A DNA stretch of 64,000 bases. Source: a virus. The DNA lies in IMG/VR virus record IMGVR_UViG_3300035698_012128, positions 30,672-94,671 of that record; one strand, given 5' to 3'. Made by a program: the position numbers and the translations under genes. This document shows, in pieces, positions 36,764-47,532 of the stretch; positions within the stretch are counted from its first letter, which is position 1; each line of letters begins with the position of its first letter. The notes under the pieces were generated by a model that was not told where the DNA came from, searched no databases, and saw nothing but the letters and a program-made list of their open reading frames with translations.

Positions 36764-38017
36764 ATGAAGAAAAGTTGTATAGTAAGTTGTCCTATAGATT
36801 GTTATGCCGGTTATGGTGCCCGATCTAGAGATTTTGTTAAATCATTAATATATCAACGCGGTCATGAGTGGGATATAAAAATCCTCCCTCAGCGGTGGGG
36901 TAATACATCACAAGGTTATTTAGTTAACCATAACGAGCAAGATTTGCTGAGTAGAGTATTAAGAAAAATGGAGTATCAACCTGATATTTGGTTTCAAATC
37001 ACAATACCTGAAGAATTTAATCCCGTAGGTAAACACTTAAATGTAGGAGTAACCGCGGGAATTGAAACTGATACATTCCCACCTAGTTGGTTTGAGGGTA
37101 TGAATAAAATGGATGTAAACATAGTATCATCTAATCATTCTAAAGACATGATACCTAAAGGTGCTGTTACTAAACCCGTTACTGTGTTATTCGAGGGTGT
37201 TGATTTAAGTAAATACCACGTGTCATTTAATAAACATGACACTGAACTGAATAAATCACTAGATACCATTAAAGAAAAGTTCTGCTTCCTATTTGTAGGG
37301 CAGTGGTTACCTGGTATAGAAGGTGAAGATAGGAAGAATATACCATTAACTGTAAGATTATTTTTGGAATCGTTCAAAGATAAAAAAGTACAACCCGCTC
37401 TTATATTAAAAACTAATATGAAGAATCCATCAGTTGGTGATGCAAATAATATTAAAGATATAATTGAAAGGATAAAATCAACCATAAGGTATAGTAAATC
37501 ATTACCTAATGTATACCACATCAATGGTAATTTGGATGATAGTAGTATGAACGAATTGTATAATCATATTAAAGTCAAAGCGATGATTAATTTAACCAAA
37601 GGTGAAGGTTTTGGGAGACCATTATTAGAATTTAGTACCTTAGGTAAACCTATAATAACTACCAATTACTCGGGACATACCGATTTTATAAAACCAACAC
37701 ATAATACGTTGTTGGATGGTAAAATGACTAAGGTTCATCCATCAGCTTCTAATAAATGGATATTACCTGAATCTAAGTGGTTTTCAGTTGACCCATCCCA
37801 AACTTTTAATGTACTGTGTGATATATTTACAGATTGTAAAAGCTATAAGAAAAAATCAAATCTCAGTAAGAGTTTTGTAATACAGAATTTTTCTTTACAC
37901 CATATGGGAAGAATGTTAGATAAAATTTTAAAAATATATACTCCAGAAATACCAAATGAAGTAATAATGGATATGAGTAAATTACAACTTAAAAGGGAAA
38001 TACCTATAGTAAAATGA
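36764..38017 (+). CDS. GT4 (GT-B) glycosyltransferase
   Basis: RKN, GEGFGRPLLE, YSGHTDF. Confidence 0.88.
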   Translation: MKKSCIVSCPIDCYAGYGARSRDFVKSLIYQRGHEWDIKILPQRWGNTSQGYLVNHNEQDLLSRVLRKMEYQPDIWFQITIPEEFNPVGKHLNVGVTAGIETDTFPPSWFEGMNKMDVNIVSSNHSKDMIPKGAVTKPVTVLFEGVDLSKYHVSFNKHDTELNKSLDTIKEKFCFLFVGQWLPGIEGEDRKNIPLTVRLFLESFKDKKVQPALILKTNMKNPSVGDANNIKDIIERIKSTIRYSKSLPNVYHINGNLDDSSMNELYNHIKVKAMINLTKGEGFGRPLLEFSTLGKPIITTNYSGHTDFIKPTHNTLLDGKMTKVHPSASNKWILPESKWFSVDPSQTFNVLCDIFTDCKSYKKKSNLSKSFVIQNFSLHHMGRMLDKILKIYTPEIPNEVIMDMSKLQLKREIPIVK

Positions 38018-38415
38018 ATGAAAAAGTAGAAAAATGTGAACTTTGTAAGAAAGAAGGAGCATATCGAATATCAAATAAAGGGATGTGGAGGAAATCATGC
38101 TATTTTTGTGGGTATGAAACTTCAAACACATTCAAACTTAATAGTAAAGAACTATTAAGTCATATCAAAACATTACCTGAATTATCTAAATCACTTAAAC
38201 GGTATGGTGATGATGGATATGTTTACTTTCCAGTTAATATTATTACTGAAAAGTATATGGTATTCGCCGATAGTATATCGAGTGGGTATTGTTGGAGATT
38301 TGTGCCTCTAATAATAGATGAAACTACAAAACAACCTCGTGCGGTATTTGAATCTTCAGTAACGTACCCTATAGATAATTTTTTCCAAATAATCCCACTT
38401 TTAGATAATGAATAA
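38014..38415 (+). CDS. zinc-ribbon hypothetical protein
   Basis: CELC...CYFCG. Confidence 0.6.
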   Translation: MNEKVEKCELCKKEGAYRISNKGMWRKSCYFCGYETSNTFKLNSKELLSHIKTLPELSKSLKRYGDDGYVYFPVNIITEKYMVFADSISSGYCWRFVPLIIDETTKQPRAVFESSVTYPIDNFFQIIPLLDNE

Positions 38416-39037
38416 AGTATCATACGCAATTACAGTTAAAGATGAAATTGATGAAATTAAACATCTCGTTGATTTATTGATCAATAATAAGCGAGTAGAG
38501 GAAGAGATTGTAGTAATGATGGACAATGATGGGAGTGAAGAAGTCTGGGAGTATTTACTATCTGTTGAAGATAAATTAGGTATAATTAATAGATTAGTAT
38601 TTAATAGTGATTTTTCTGAATGGAAAAATAAACTTAACACATTATGTAGTGGAGAATGGATACTTAATATTGATGCTGATGAATTCATACATGAAGAATT
38701 AATGATCAACATGCCTACTCTACTAGAAAATGCTTCGAGAGAAAATATAGACGCATTTTCGTTATGTAGGAAAAATTTAGTAAATGGTTTAACAGCAGAA
38801 TGGATAAAAAAATGGAAATGGAGTGTAAACGAAGAAGGCTACATAAATTTTCCAGACCGACAATTTAGATTATACAAAAATACAAATGAAATTAAGTGGG
38901 AAGGTAAAGTACATGAAAAATTGGTTGGATATAAAAATTTCCATAACCTTAACGACCATGATTCACTATGTATTAGACACTTTAAACAAATTGATAAACA
39001 AATCAGACAAAATAAACTATATGAAGAAATTAAATGA
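38408..39037 (+). CDS. GT2 glycosyltransferase
   Basis: DFS..KN, IDADE, VHE. Confidence 0.85.
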   Translation: MNKVSYAITVKDEIDEIKHLVDLLINNKRVEEEIVVMMDNDGSEEVWEYLLSVEDKLGIINRLVFNSDFSEWKNKLNTLCSGEWILNIDADEFIHEELMINMPTLLENASRENIDAFSLCRKNLVNGLTAEWIKKWKWSVNEEGYINFPDRQFRLYKNTNEIKWEGKVHEKLVGYKNFHNLNDHDSLCIRHFKQIDKQIRQNKLYEEIK

Positions 39038-39569
39038 TATATATGCCAATTGGAACAGTTCTGATGGGCATGGAGATAAGGGTACCGCTCATTCATATAT
39101 AGAAATATATGAGCAGATCATGGAGTTATATAGAGGTAAGAGAATAAATATACTTGAAGTAGGATTAGCATATGGTGAATCATTAGAATTATGGAGTGAA
39201 TATTTCGGATCAAAAGCCAAAATATACGGTATCGACATCCGTGATACCGAAATTAAACCATATTTGGAAGATGAACGTTTTAAAATAGTAATTGATGACG
39301 CTACCAAACCTGAAATATTAAAGAATTACAAACGTAACAGATTTGATATAATAATTGATGATGGGAGCCACAAATTGCAGGACCAAATTGATACATTTAA
39401 TATATTCAAACCCCGAATGAAAGTAGGTGGTGTTTATATAATTGAAGATGTTAGTAATATTGATGACGTCGGCAATCAATTTAAATCATTACATCAAGAT
39501 TGCACAATAGTAGATAGAAGACGCATAAAAGGTAGGTTTGATGACGTGTTGGTTCTCTACAAATTTTGA
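39021..39569 (+). CDS. class I SAM-dependent methyltransferase
   Basis: LEVG, GIDI, IIIDDGSH, GGVYIIED; ATG at 39021 preferred over 38886. Confidence 0.85.
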   Translation: MKKLNDIYANWNSSDGHGDKGTAHSYIEIYEQIMELYRGKRINILEVGLAYGESLELWSEYFGSKAKIYGIDIRDTEIKPYLEDERFKIVIDDATKPEILKNYKRNRFDIIIDDGSHKLQDQIDTFNIFKPRMKVGGVYIIEDVSNIDDVGNQFKSLHQDCTIVDRRRIKGRFDDVLVLYKF

Positions 39570-39629
39570 TTTTAAAAAGTTTCTTATTATATTACACTAT
39601 ACGAGTAAAAATAAATTATAATAAATGTT

Positions 39630-40223
39630 ATGAAAATAAGAAACCACAGAAACCGTAGTTGGTGTTTTTACCCGAATGATAATTCGAATATTGTTAACAA
39701 AAGTGCCTATATTTATAAGTATAAATCTGATCTTATGAATTTTTTAAATTCTAACATAGAAGGAGCTGTGAATGGATTAGTCGTGTTAGAAGAAAAATCA
39801 TTTAATCGTAGCGGGAGGATTAGATCGTGGTTCGTTTGGTGCAATAATTACAAGGAAGATAATGAAAAATTAAAGGTAAAATTGATCCAACAAGATTTTA
39901 GAGGTCATAAATTCTTCATTAGTAAAGAAGGTAGAAAAATTGATAAATATTCAAAGAAATATTTTGCATTTTCCGGTAAGGTTATAAATTTAATGTGTAG
40001 TATTGGTGATGATGGGTTTGTATCTAAGAATAAAGCACAACGTTTACTAAATTTATTTAAAAAAAGAGGATTTAAAGATTGGGAAGTTAATGATGATGAT
40101 GATAAACGATACATTGAATATCATATTGATAGAGGTATTGGTTTCTATCATTGGTCAGATAGATGTAATTGGTTGAGGACTAAAACTGTAATAGAATATT
40201 TAAAAAGAAAAGATTTAATATGA
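39630..40223 (+). CDS. hypothetical protein
   Basis: Own promoter motif, inserted in the GT cluster. Confidence 0.6.
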   Translation: MKIRNHRNRSWCFYPNDNSNIVNKSAYIYKYKSDLMNFLNSNIEGAVNGLVVLEEKSFNRSGRIRSWFVWCNNYKEDNEKLKVKLIQQDFRGHKFFISKEGRKIDKYSKKYFAFSGKVINLMCSIGDDGFVSKNKAQRLLNLFKKRGFKDWEVNDDDDKRYIEYHIDRGIGFYHWSDRCNWLRTKTVIEYLKRKDLI

Positions 40224-40966
40224 CGATAATATATAGATTATCAAGTGGGGGGTACCAAAAAGAAAAACCAGACTACATAAATAATATGTCATGTTTAGGA
40301 AACACATTTACTACATTGAGGGGTGGGGATGATAATATTATTATCATAGCTGACAAACTGAAAGATGATGAATTATCCCAAGTAAAGGATTTAATGGGAG
40401 ATTTATATGAAGGAGACAAAATCATAGAGGTGAATGAAGGTAATGGTGCCTCAACATTTAGATTAGCATTAGATGAAGCACTTAAACTACCAGACGATAT
40501 GATAGTGTATTTTGTTGAGAGTGATTACATACATAGAATTAATAGTATGGATATAATTCAAGATGCCATTAATATAGGTGCTAATTATGTAACACTTTAT
40601 TTACATCCTGATAAATTTATCCCACCAAATCTGGGTGGTAATCCGTTAGTATCAGAAGATGGTGGTTATCCTACTAAAATATACAAAGGTAAATGTGGTT
40701 TGTATGGTATATTTGATTCTACAACAATGACATTTGCCGCTGAGGTAAAGACATTACGTGAAGATAAAACCATAATTGATAAACATATATCGGGAACATA
40801 TCCTGCAGATGCTCCTATGTTTTGGGAGCTAATGAAAGAAAAACAACGAATGCTATTATGTCCTTTAACTACATATAGTACTCATGGTGAAACTAGATGG
40901 ATGGCACCGTTAGATATGGTAGATTCTGGTGATTTAGTTGATGAGTGGGAAAGTTATTTAAATTAA
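40220..40966 (+). CDS. GT-A fold glycosyltransferase
   Basis: YFVESDYIH, STTMTF, STHGE. Confidence 0.7.
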   Translation: MTIIYRLSSGGYQKEKPDYINNMSCLGNTFTTLRGGDDNIIIIADKLKDDELSQVKDLMGDLYEGDKIIEVNEGNGASTFRLALDEALKLPDDMIVYFVESDYIHRINSMDIIQDAINIGANYVTLYLHPDKFIPPNLGGNPLVSEDGGYPTKIYKGKCGLYGIFDSTTMTFAAEVKTLREDKTIIDKHISGTYPADAPMFWELMKEKQRMLLCPLTTYSTHGETRWMAPLDMVDSGDLVDEWESYLN

Positions 40967-40975
40967 ACATAAAAA

Positions 40976-41758
40976 ATGATAAAAAATTTATCAGTTATAA
41001 TACCTACGTATAAAGAACCTGAATATTTAGATTTATGTTTGAAATCATTAATTGATAATCAAACGGTTAAAAATGAGATAATTGTCGTGGTCGACGGCTT
41101 TTATGATCTTAATAAGAAGGTTTTAGATAAACATTCATCCCATATAAAAACTGTAATATTTAATAACAATCAAGGATTAAGTAGAGCAACTAATATGGGG
41201 GTTTATAATGCTTCGAATGAGTATGTTATGGTTATTAATGATGATAATGTTGCGGGATATAATTGGGATAAAAAATTAATACAGTATATTAATTCGTGTT
41301 GGGATAAATATGATATATGTTTATCCCCTAATCAAATTGAACCTAACCCCAGTATATTTAAACAATTTATTATTAAGAATTTTGGTCAAACTGCTGAGTC
41401 ATTTGATTATGATGCGTTTATAGCGTTTACTAAAGCATCTCGTGGTAGTATTAGTTCCGAAGGTTATACACTTCCTTTTGTAGTTAAGAAAGAAATATAT
41501 TTATCAGTAGGAGGTTGGGATGAAACATATCCAGGACCGTATGTAGTAGATTTAGAATTCTTCTATAAACTACAATTACAGGGCATTAGAATGTTAAGAA
41601 TGTATAACAATCCATTCTACCATTTCAGTGGTAAAGGTACTATAGATATAGATAAACGCACATCTGAATTAAAAAGTTGGGATTGGTTTTACTACAAGTG
41701 GGGTAAAATGGCAAAGAGAAACACATATAATAAAATAGAATTAATAAGTAAACAATGA
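40976..41758 (+). CDS. GT2 glycosyltransferase
   Basis: SVIIPTY, VVVDG, INDD, VGGWDE. Confidence 0.88.
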   Translation: MIKNLSVIIPTYKEPEYLDLCLKSLIDNQTVKNEIIVVVDGFYDLNKKVLDKHSSHIKTVIFNNNQGLSRATNMGVYNASNEYVMVINDDNVAGYNWDKKLIQYINSCWDKYDICLSPNQIEPNPSIFKQFIIKNFGQTAESFDYDAFIAFTKASRGSISSEGYTLPFVVKKEIYLSVGGWDETYPGPYVVDLEFFYKLQLQGIRMLRMYNNPFYHFSGKGTIDIDKRTSELKSWDWFYYKWGKMAKRNTYNKIELISKQ

Positions 41759-42111
41759 AATTAAATATAGATAAAGAACTTAAAGAACTGTTAGATAGTG
41801 AGACTAGAAGTATAAACCCTAAATTAATAATAGATGTAAACAATAACCCAACTAAAAAAGGAATCAAAGTTCAGTTTAGGATGCCTAGTAACATGGATGA
41901 TATAAAAAAAGCAGAAATGACTACTAAGTTAAAAAGTAAATTGAATGGTGGTTTAGTAGAATTAGGATTAAGCGCAGATGAAGATATTGACGTACCATAC
42001 GAAGATGTAATTGGTTTTACAATATACTTATCACAATTTAAGGTTTTAATTAAAAATATTTTAACAAATCAAAACAAAGTAACAAATGGCGAGAAACCGA
42101 TGGGTACCTGA
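41755..42111 (+). CDS. hypothetical protein
   Basis: Operonic ORF. Confidence 0.6.
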   Translation: MKLNIDKELKELLDSETRSINPKLIIDVNNNPTKKGIKVQFRMPSNMDDIKKAEMTTKLKSKLNGGLVELGLSADEDIDVPYEDVIGFTIYLSQFKVLIKNILTNQNKVTNGEKPMGT

Positions 42112-42379
42112 TTTATACTTTAATACAAATTATAGGATGGAGGATATTAGTGGGGATCTGAGTGAAATAATACATAACAGTATGTTAGATGGTATTAAAG
42201 AAGGAATTAAGAAAGGTACCAAAACAGCTAAAATTATAGAAATAAACTCATCAGGCAATATTCTAGGTTTACATAGAAGAAATTGGGATGTAATTATGGC
42301 AAAACATGAAGCCGATTTAGTTACAAAAGAAGACTATCAGAATGCAATTTTAATCAGAGATTTAAGAAAAAAAATATAA
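42086..42379 (+). CDS. hypothetical protein with C-terminal UVR-like motif
   Basis: EDYQNAILIRDL. Confidence 0.55.
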   Translation: MARNRWVPDLYFNTNYRMEDISGDLSEIIHNSMLDGIKEGIKKGTKTAKIIEINSSGNILGLHRRNWDVIMAKHEADLVTKEDYQNAILIRDLRKKI

Positions 42380-42381
42380 TT

Positions 42382-42843
42382 ATGGACCCAGAAAAACTAA
42401 ACCAAATCCAAGACAGTTTAACCGAATTGATTGGTGTAGATACTGTTATGTTGAGGAGATCTAAAACACAAGAAGACGAACAACGTGGTATTTTTACTAA
42501 AACTATTCTACTAACCCAATCTAACTTTAGAAAAACAAAATTAGCTAAAAACCAATTAGGGATTGATTTGATTGGATTCAATGAATCATTTTTCACAATG
42601 GTAGATAATCTGATAACACTAACGTACAGTGCGGGTTTAGCCAAATTTATATTACCTTATTGTTATGATATATGGGATGTGGATGATAGTGGTGACTCTA
42701 TTATTATAGGGGATGATGGCCAATCATATAAGATCCACAATCCTGAAGATTTATGGAATTTTATGAAAACTATGATATCATATCACCAAAATGTAATCAA
42801 AAATCCAAAAAATGGCAAGAGCAAAACCAATATCGAGGAATGA
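42382..42843 (+). CDS. hypothetical protein
   Basis: Operonic ORF. Confidence 0.6.
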   Translation: MDPEKLNQIQDSLTELIGVDTVMLRRSKTQEDEQRGIFTKTILLTQSNFRKTKLAKNQLGIDLIGFNESFFTMVDNLITLTYSAGLAKFILPYCYDIWDVDDSGDSIIIGDDGQSYKIHNPEDLWNFMKTMISYHQNVIKNPKNGKSKTNIEE

Positions 42844-43459
42844 TTGCCTTAGGGCAATGAGGTATACTAAATCTAATTTAGCAGCATCCAAACATTTGGG
42901 ATGTTCATACCAACATTATAAGAGATTTGCTAAATCATACAAAGTTAACATTACAGGTGATGAAAATAGCCAAACATTATTTGAACAGCATTTAAACCAA
43001 CAAGGTAAAGGTATACCAAAATTCTTACCTAAAAATAAAAAATACCCAGCTATTAAAAAGATAGTAGAAACAGGTATGGGTTGGGAATCATTTGCTCTCG
43101 ATAAACTAAAAATAGCAATAATACATGAGGGGTTATTAGAAGATAAATGTTGTAATTGTGGGTTTAATGAACGTAGAGTTATAGATTATAAAATACCATT
43201 ATTAATATATTTCAAAGATAGAAATAAAACTAACTGGAAGTTAGGAAATTTAGGATTTCTTTGTTATAATTGTTATTATTTAACAATAGGAGATGTTTTT
43301 GATGTAAAAGAATTAAGAGAAATTGAAGAATTAGGAACACAAGCACCAACTGATACACCCACGTGGGAATTAGATGATGCCACCTTAGAAAATATGAAAA
43401 TGTTAGGTTTAATAGATGAGGAAGAAGAATTAGGGAGTGAGTTTATAGATAAAATTTAA
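42812..43459 (+). CDS. HTH plus degenerate HNH-fold protein
   Basis: SNLAASKHLGCSY; CCNCG...NWKLGNLGFLCYNC. Confidence 0.7.
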   Translation: MARAKPISRNDCLRAMRYTKSNLAASKHLGCSYQHYKRFAKSYKVNITGDENSQTLFEQHLNQQGKGIPKFLPKNKKYPAIKKIVETGMGWESFALDKLKIAIIHEGLLEDKCCNCGFNERRVIDYKIPLLIYFKDRNKTNWKLGNLGFLCYNCYYLTIGDVFDVKELREIEELGTQAPTDTPTWELDDATLENMKMLGLIDEEEELGSEFIDKI

Positions 43460-43473
43460 ATAAAAAAGCAAGT

Positions 43474-43686
43474 ATGATGTATTATGTAGTAAAAGTAGTT
43501 TTCACAGTAGAAGATGATAAGGGAAAAGTAAAAAAACAAATTGAATCGTATCTAGTCAATGCTATGAGTACAATTGAAGCTGATACTAGGACAACTGCAT
43601 TTCTAACAGAAAGAGGTGAGCTGGGTTTTGAAGTTAAATCAGTTAGTAAAAGTGCCATTTCTACCGTTATTAATGATGACAAGTAA
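43474..43686 (+). CDS. DUF4494-like protein
   Basis: GKVKK..E.YLVNAMS.IEA, a Bacteroidota-type family. Confidence 0.65.
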   Translation: MMYYVVKVVFTVEDDKGKVKKQIESYLVNAMSTIEADTRTTAFLTERGELGFEVKSVSKSAISTVINDDK

Positions 43687-44050
43687 AGAATTCAAACCAC
43701 TTATTCTAAGATGTAATCAGATAAATGCCATTCATGATGTCATCATGGACAATGAATTATCGATATCCAAAAAAATCATAGAAGGTGTTAAGTATTGTTT
43801 GGACAATAAACTAAATGATCTTGAAGTATGTACTTATGTTAACAAGATGGGTAATCTAATAAACCAACAACCCATCTCTATCAGGAGAGATAACTTTAAA
43901 TCAATTATATCGAATCAAATAACAATATTCGAAGACCATAATGAATTTGAAATATGTGCTGATCTTCTGTTACTACATGAGCGTGTAAGTACAAATAATT
44001 TAGATATCTGGATAAAAACAAAGTTAGAGGAAGCCTTAATGGATTTTTAA
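43616..44050 (+). CDS. hypothetical protein (start probably about 43673)
   Basis: Operonic ORF. Confidence 0.55.
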   Translation: MSWVLKLNQLVKVPFLPLLMMTSKEFKPLILRCNQINAIHDVIMDNELSISKKIIEGVKYCLDNKLNDLEVCTYVNKMGNLINQQPISIRRDNFKSIISNQITIFEDHNEFEICADLLLLHERVSTNNLDIWIKTKLEEALMDF

Positions 44051-44090
44051 TAGTATATTACATATTTATCACAAATAAATATGATATATT

Positions 44091-44702
44091 ATGAGTTTAA
44101 AAAATTTTCAATTAAAAATAGGAACATCCCCTGATGGTGTATTCGGACCCAACACATTAAAAAAAGCACAAATACATTTAAATATAAATGATTTTGAAGC
44201 CGCTCATTTCTTCGGTCAAACAGGACATGAAACCGCACATTTTAAAACATTTAGTGAAAATCTTAAGTATGGCAGAAGTGGTTTACTAAGATATTTTAAA
44301 AGTTATTTTGATCACAAAAATGTAGATTTATACACTAGGCATGCCGTAAAAATAGCAAACCGAGTTTATTCTAACAGGATGGGTAACGGTAATGAAGCTA
44401 GTGGGGATGGGTGGAAGTATAGAGGTAGAGGAGCTCTTCAATTAACCGGGAAATATAATTACAAAGCTTTTAGTGCTTATATTAAAGACCCATCGATAAT
44501 GTATGATCCTAATTTGGTGGAATCCAAATATTCTTTTGAATCTGCATTATTTTATTTTGATGAACATGGTATATGGGATATATGTAGTAGAGGTATAGAT
44601 GATGATACTATAAAAAAAGTAACTAAAGTAATAAATGGTGGTTATAACGGATTAAAAGATAGAATAGTCTTAACTAATAAGTATTATAAGTATTTGAATT
44701 AA
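44091..44702 (+). CDS. GH19 endolysin with N-terminal peptidoglycan-binding motif
   Basis: DGVFGPNT; FFGQTGHET; RGRGALQLTG; INGGYNG. Confidence 0.9.
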   Translation: MSLKNFQLKIGTSPDGVFGPNTLKKAQIHLNINDFEAAHFFGQTGHETAHFKTFSENLKYGRSGLLRYFKSYFDHKNVDLYTRHAVKIANRVYSNRMGNGNEASGDGWKYRGRGALQLTGKYNYKAFSAYIKDPSIMYDPNLVESKYSFESALFYFDEHGIWDICSRGIDDDTIKKVTKVINGGYNGLKDRIVLTNKYYKYLN

Positions 44703-44906
44703 TATGTGATGAGAAAAATTATAAATAGTCAAGGATATACATTGAAAGAACTATCTAATCAAGTAAGTAAAAAAATGACTATGAAAACCCATATTAGTAA
44801 AAAAACTTATAATAGAAAGATAACTAAATTTAGATGGAAGAATGCAGTATAAAAATTTGTATAATTAAAAATTTCTTTGTATATTAAGTCATAATAAAAA
44901 ATAAAA

Positions 44907-46162
44907 ATGAATATTACTCACTATTTTAGTTATATCCCACTTATAATTGTGTTAATTCTATACATTTCATATAGAGTTAGAAGAGGTAGTGATGGTGATG
45001 ATGTAAATATGATAAACCTTCTGAAATTAGTTATTCAAGAACTAAATAAAGATCTTAAGACATGGGGTTTTGTTGATATTATAAAACTAATGCTCATAAT
45101 GGGTAAAATAAATGAGGATGAATGTGGTAAACTATTGCATTTTATCAAAGATAATAAACCATCGAAACATACCCACCCTACATTCTTTGAGATACATGAT
45201 TATGATGAAAATTGGTGGGATGGAGATGATGATCGGGTAAGAATACTTTTTATTCAAATGTTAATAAATAAACTAGAAGAATCATGAAAGGAATATATTT
45301 TTTGCTGTGGTGGTTAATTAAATTTGCCGCTGGTTTTTTCGCAATTATGTTTGGAACAATGGCTTTTTTCGGACTTTTAGCTGTTTTAGTACACAAATGT
45401 CAATGATATTAAATAGTAATCACTCGTTGTGTAAAAAATTAAGATCATTAGAAGTATTTCTACTAGAAAACAACATCACAGTGGGTTGGAATGGATATAG
45501 TCTTATAATTAGTGATGATGATGATGAAGCTAAAATATCGAGTTGTGATACCTGGCCTTTAGATACCATAGATGGAGTTGATAGAACTAAATTGGTGATA
45601 GAATGATAGATAATATAATAGTAACAGGTAATATACACCTACCTCATGTTTCAATAAACCCAAAAGAAGTATTAATAGCCATGCGTACTCAATTGGGGTT
45701 CGGTAAAGAATGTTGGTTGACGATTATTCATGGTAGTTATTATAAAGTATATAATGAGCAATATACACAAGGTGATAAGAACCATTCAATATATATAGAT
45801 GAAGAATTAGGTGAAACAATCTCTCACCTCGACAGCTTAATCCATTATTTAGATAAACATGAGGTGGTAAATTAATTTAAAAGTTTCTTTGTATATTAAG
45901 TTATAATAAAAAATCAAATATGTTTTTAACAGATAAGCAATGTGCTCAATACGACTATATTCCAACAGGTGAAGTAGAAATGGATCTAATCATTACCCAA
46001 AGAGAAGTAGACCAACTTCAATCCGAAGTAGATGCTTTAAGAGGAGATATGATGGGGAATAGGATAGAAATATACATGAGGGAAGGGAAAATATCACAAC
46101 GATCAACATTTATATCTAAGTTAACTTCAATTATATCATACAGAATTAAAACCAAAACATAA
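44907..46162 (+). other. run of small accessory ORFs (44907-45287, 45397-45606, 45603-45875, 45920-46162)
   Basis: Short co-directional ORFs behind promoter motifs. Confidence 0.55.
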
Positions 46163-46292
46163 AAACACTACTCGGAGAATATTTAGAAATACTGAGTGAT
46201 GAATTATCAGAAATAGATATTTTAGATATAACCACTACAGAAAATATTGGTCAAATGGGAGGTGTTCATGATGATACAAAAAGTGAGATAAA

Positions 46293-46754
46293 GTGAGCAT
46301 GTCACAACTCTACCCATTATGGGTAGATAATTTAAATAAATACAAAAAAATAATGGATAACGTAAAAATATTTAATAATTTACTAGAATTAAAACCTGAA
46401 GATCAACTACACAAACACTTTAATTTTGATGTGGTTAATGGGGGTAAGTGGGAAACTGTTAAAGGAATCCCACGATGTGGTACATTTGGGTGTTTAGCTG
46501 GTGAACTTCCTCAATTTTCTAAAGAATGGGCTTTTGATAAGGGTAATTTAAGATGGAGAAATATTAATACGTCGATGGGTCATGCTTTATCCGAATTTTT
46601 TAATTTACCATTGAATTGCATAGATGCTATATTTTACCCTAACTCACAGGAAGAATTGGGGTTAGTTGATGTAGGGGAAGAGGCAACGCTAAAGGAAGTG
46701 CAACATAACGCTAGATTAGTATTGGATGTAATTAAAAAGAATGGATTGTATTAA
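46293..46754 (+). CDS. hypothetical protein with CGTFGCLAG motif
   Basis: Start probably about 46353. Confidence 0.6.
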   Translation: MSMSQLYPLWVDNLNKYKKIMDNVKIFNNLLELKPEDQLHKHFNFDVVNGGKWETVKGIPRCGTFGCLAGELPQFSKEWAFDKGNLRWRNINTSMGHALSEFFNLPLNCIDAIFYPNSQEELGLVDVGEEATLKEVQHNARLVLDVIKKNGLY

Positions 46755-46770
46755 CTAAATCAAATATATC

Positions 46771-47178
46771 ATGTCAAAAAAGAAAACAAAAAGTTATTTA
46801 ATTGAAGTTGAGAATGAAATAAAAAATATTAAAAAACATATACCTCTTGACCGTAGGTTACAACTAAATTTTGATACATTAAATCCTGCATTCCAATCTG
46901 ACTGTATATATGGACAAATGTATGGGGATTGTAATAATAATGAAGCTGTCCAAGCCATACGGATATGTGGGTCTACTAGTAAATCATTTACCTTATTGTC
47001 TAGACCTATAAGTGATATAGAAGAAATACCCCCCAGAACATATCCTTACTCTCACAGCTTCCTAGAACTTGCTAGTTTTAGTTACCTGGAACATTATATC
47101 TATAATTCCCCACAGGACAATAATAACATTATAGATTTTCTGAAAGGAAATACTGATTTTCTTATTTTAAGTAAATAG
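46771..47178 (+). CDS. hypothetical protein, paralog of 48404-48832
   Basis: LNP....CIYG.MY...LEHYI shared. Confidence 0.7.
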   Translation: MSKKKTKSYLIEVENEIKNIKKHIPLDRRLQLNFDTLNPAFQSDCIYGQMYGDCNNNEAVQAIRICGSTSKSFTLLSRPISDIEEIPPRTYPYSHSFLELASFSYLEHYIYNSPQDNNNIIDFLKGNTDFLILSK

Positions 47179-47188
47179 AAAAATAGCT

Positions 47189-47392
47189 ATGGCATTAATA
47201 ATAACAGCTAAAACAGATACACCAACCATATGCAGTGGTTGGTGTAGTAACTGTGGTGGGTATAATGAAGTACTATCTCAAAAAAAATACACAAGATGTA
47301 AATTATGTATGAGTAAGATGTACCATATTGGGGGTTATACTGTGGTTATTGGACTCGTTGTAATGTCAATATTAATAAAATATATGCTATGA
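47189..47392 (+). CDS. zinc ribbon with C-terminal TM helix
   Basis: CSNCG...CKLC. Confidence 0.55.
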   Translation: MALIITAKTDTPTICSGWCSNCGGYNEVLSQKKYTRCKLCMSKMYHIGGYTVVIGLVVMSILIKYML

Positions 47393-47532
47393 ATAAAAAT
47401 ACAATCAATAAGTTATTTTTTTTATTTTGTGCGCTTTTAGGAACTATCATAATGTTGGGGTTTATACTACTAGATAAATTTTAAAAGATAAAAGTTTCTC
47501 TATATATTGATTGTAATAAATAAAAAAACATT

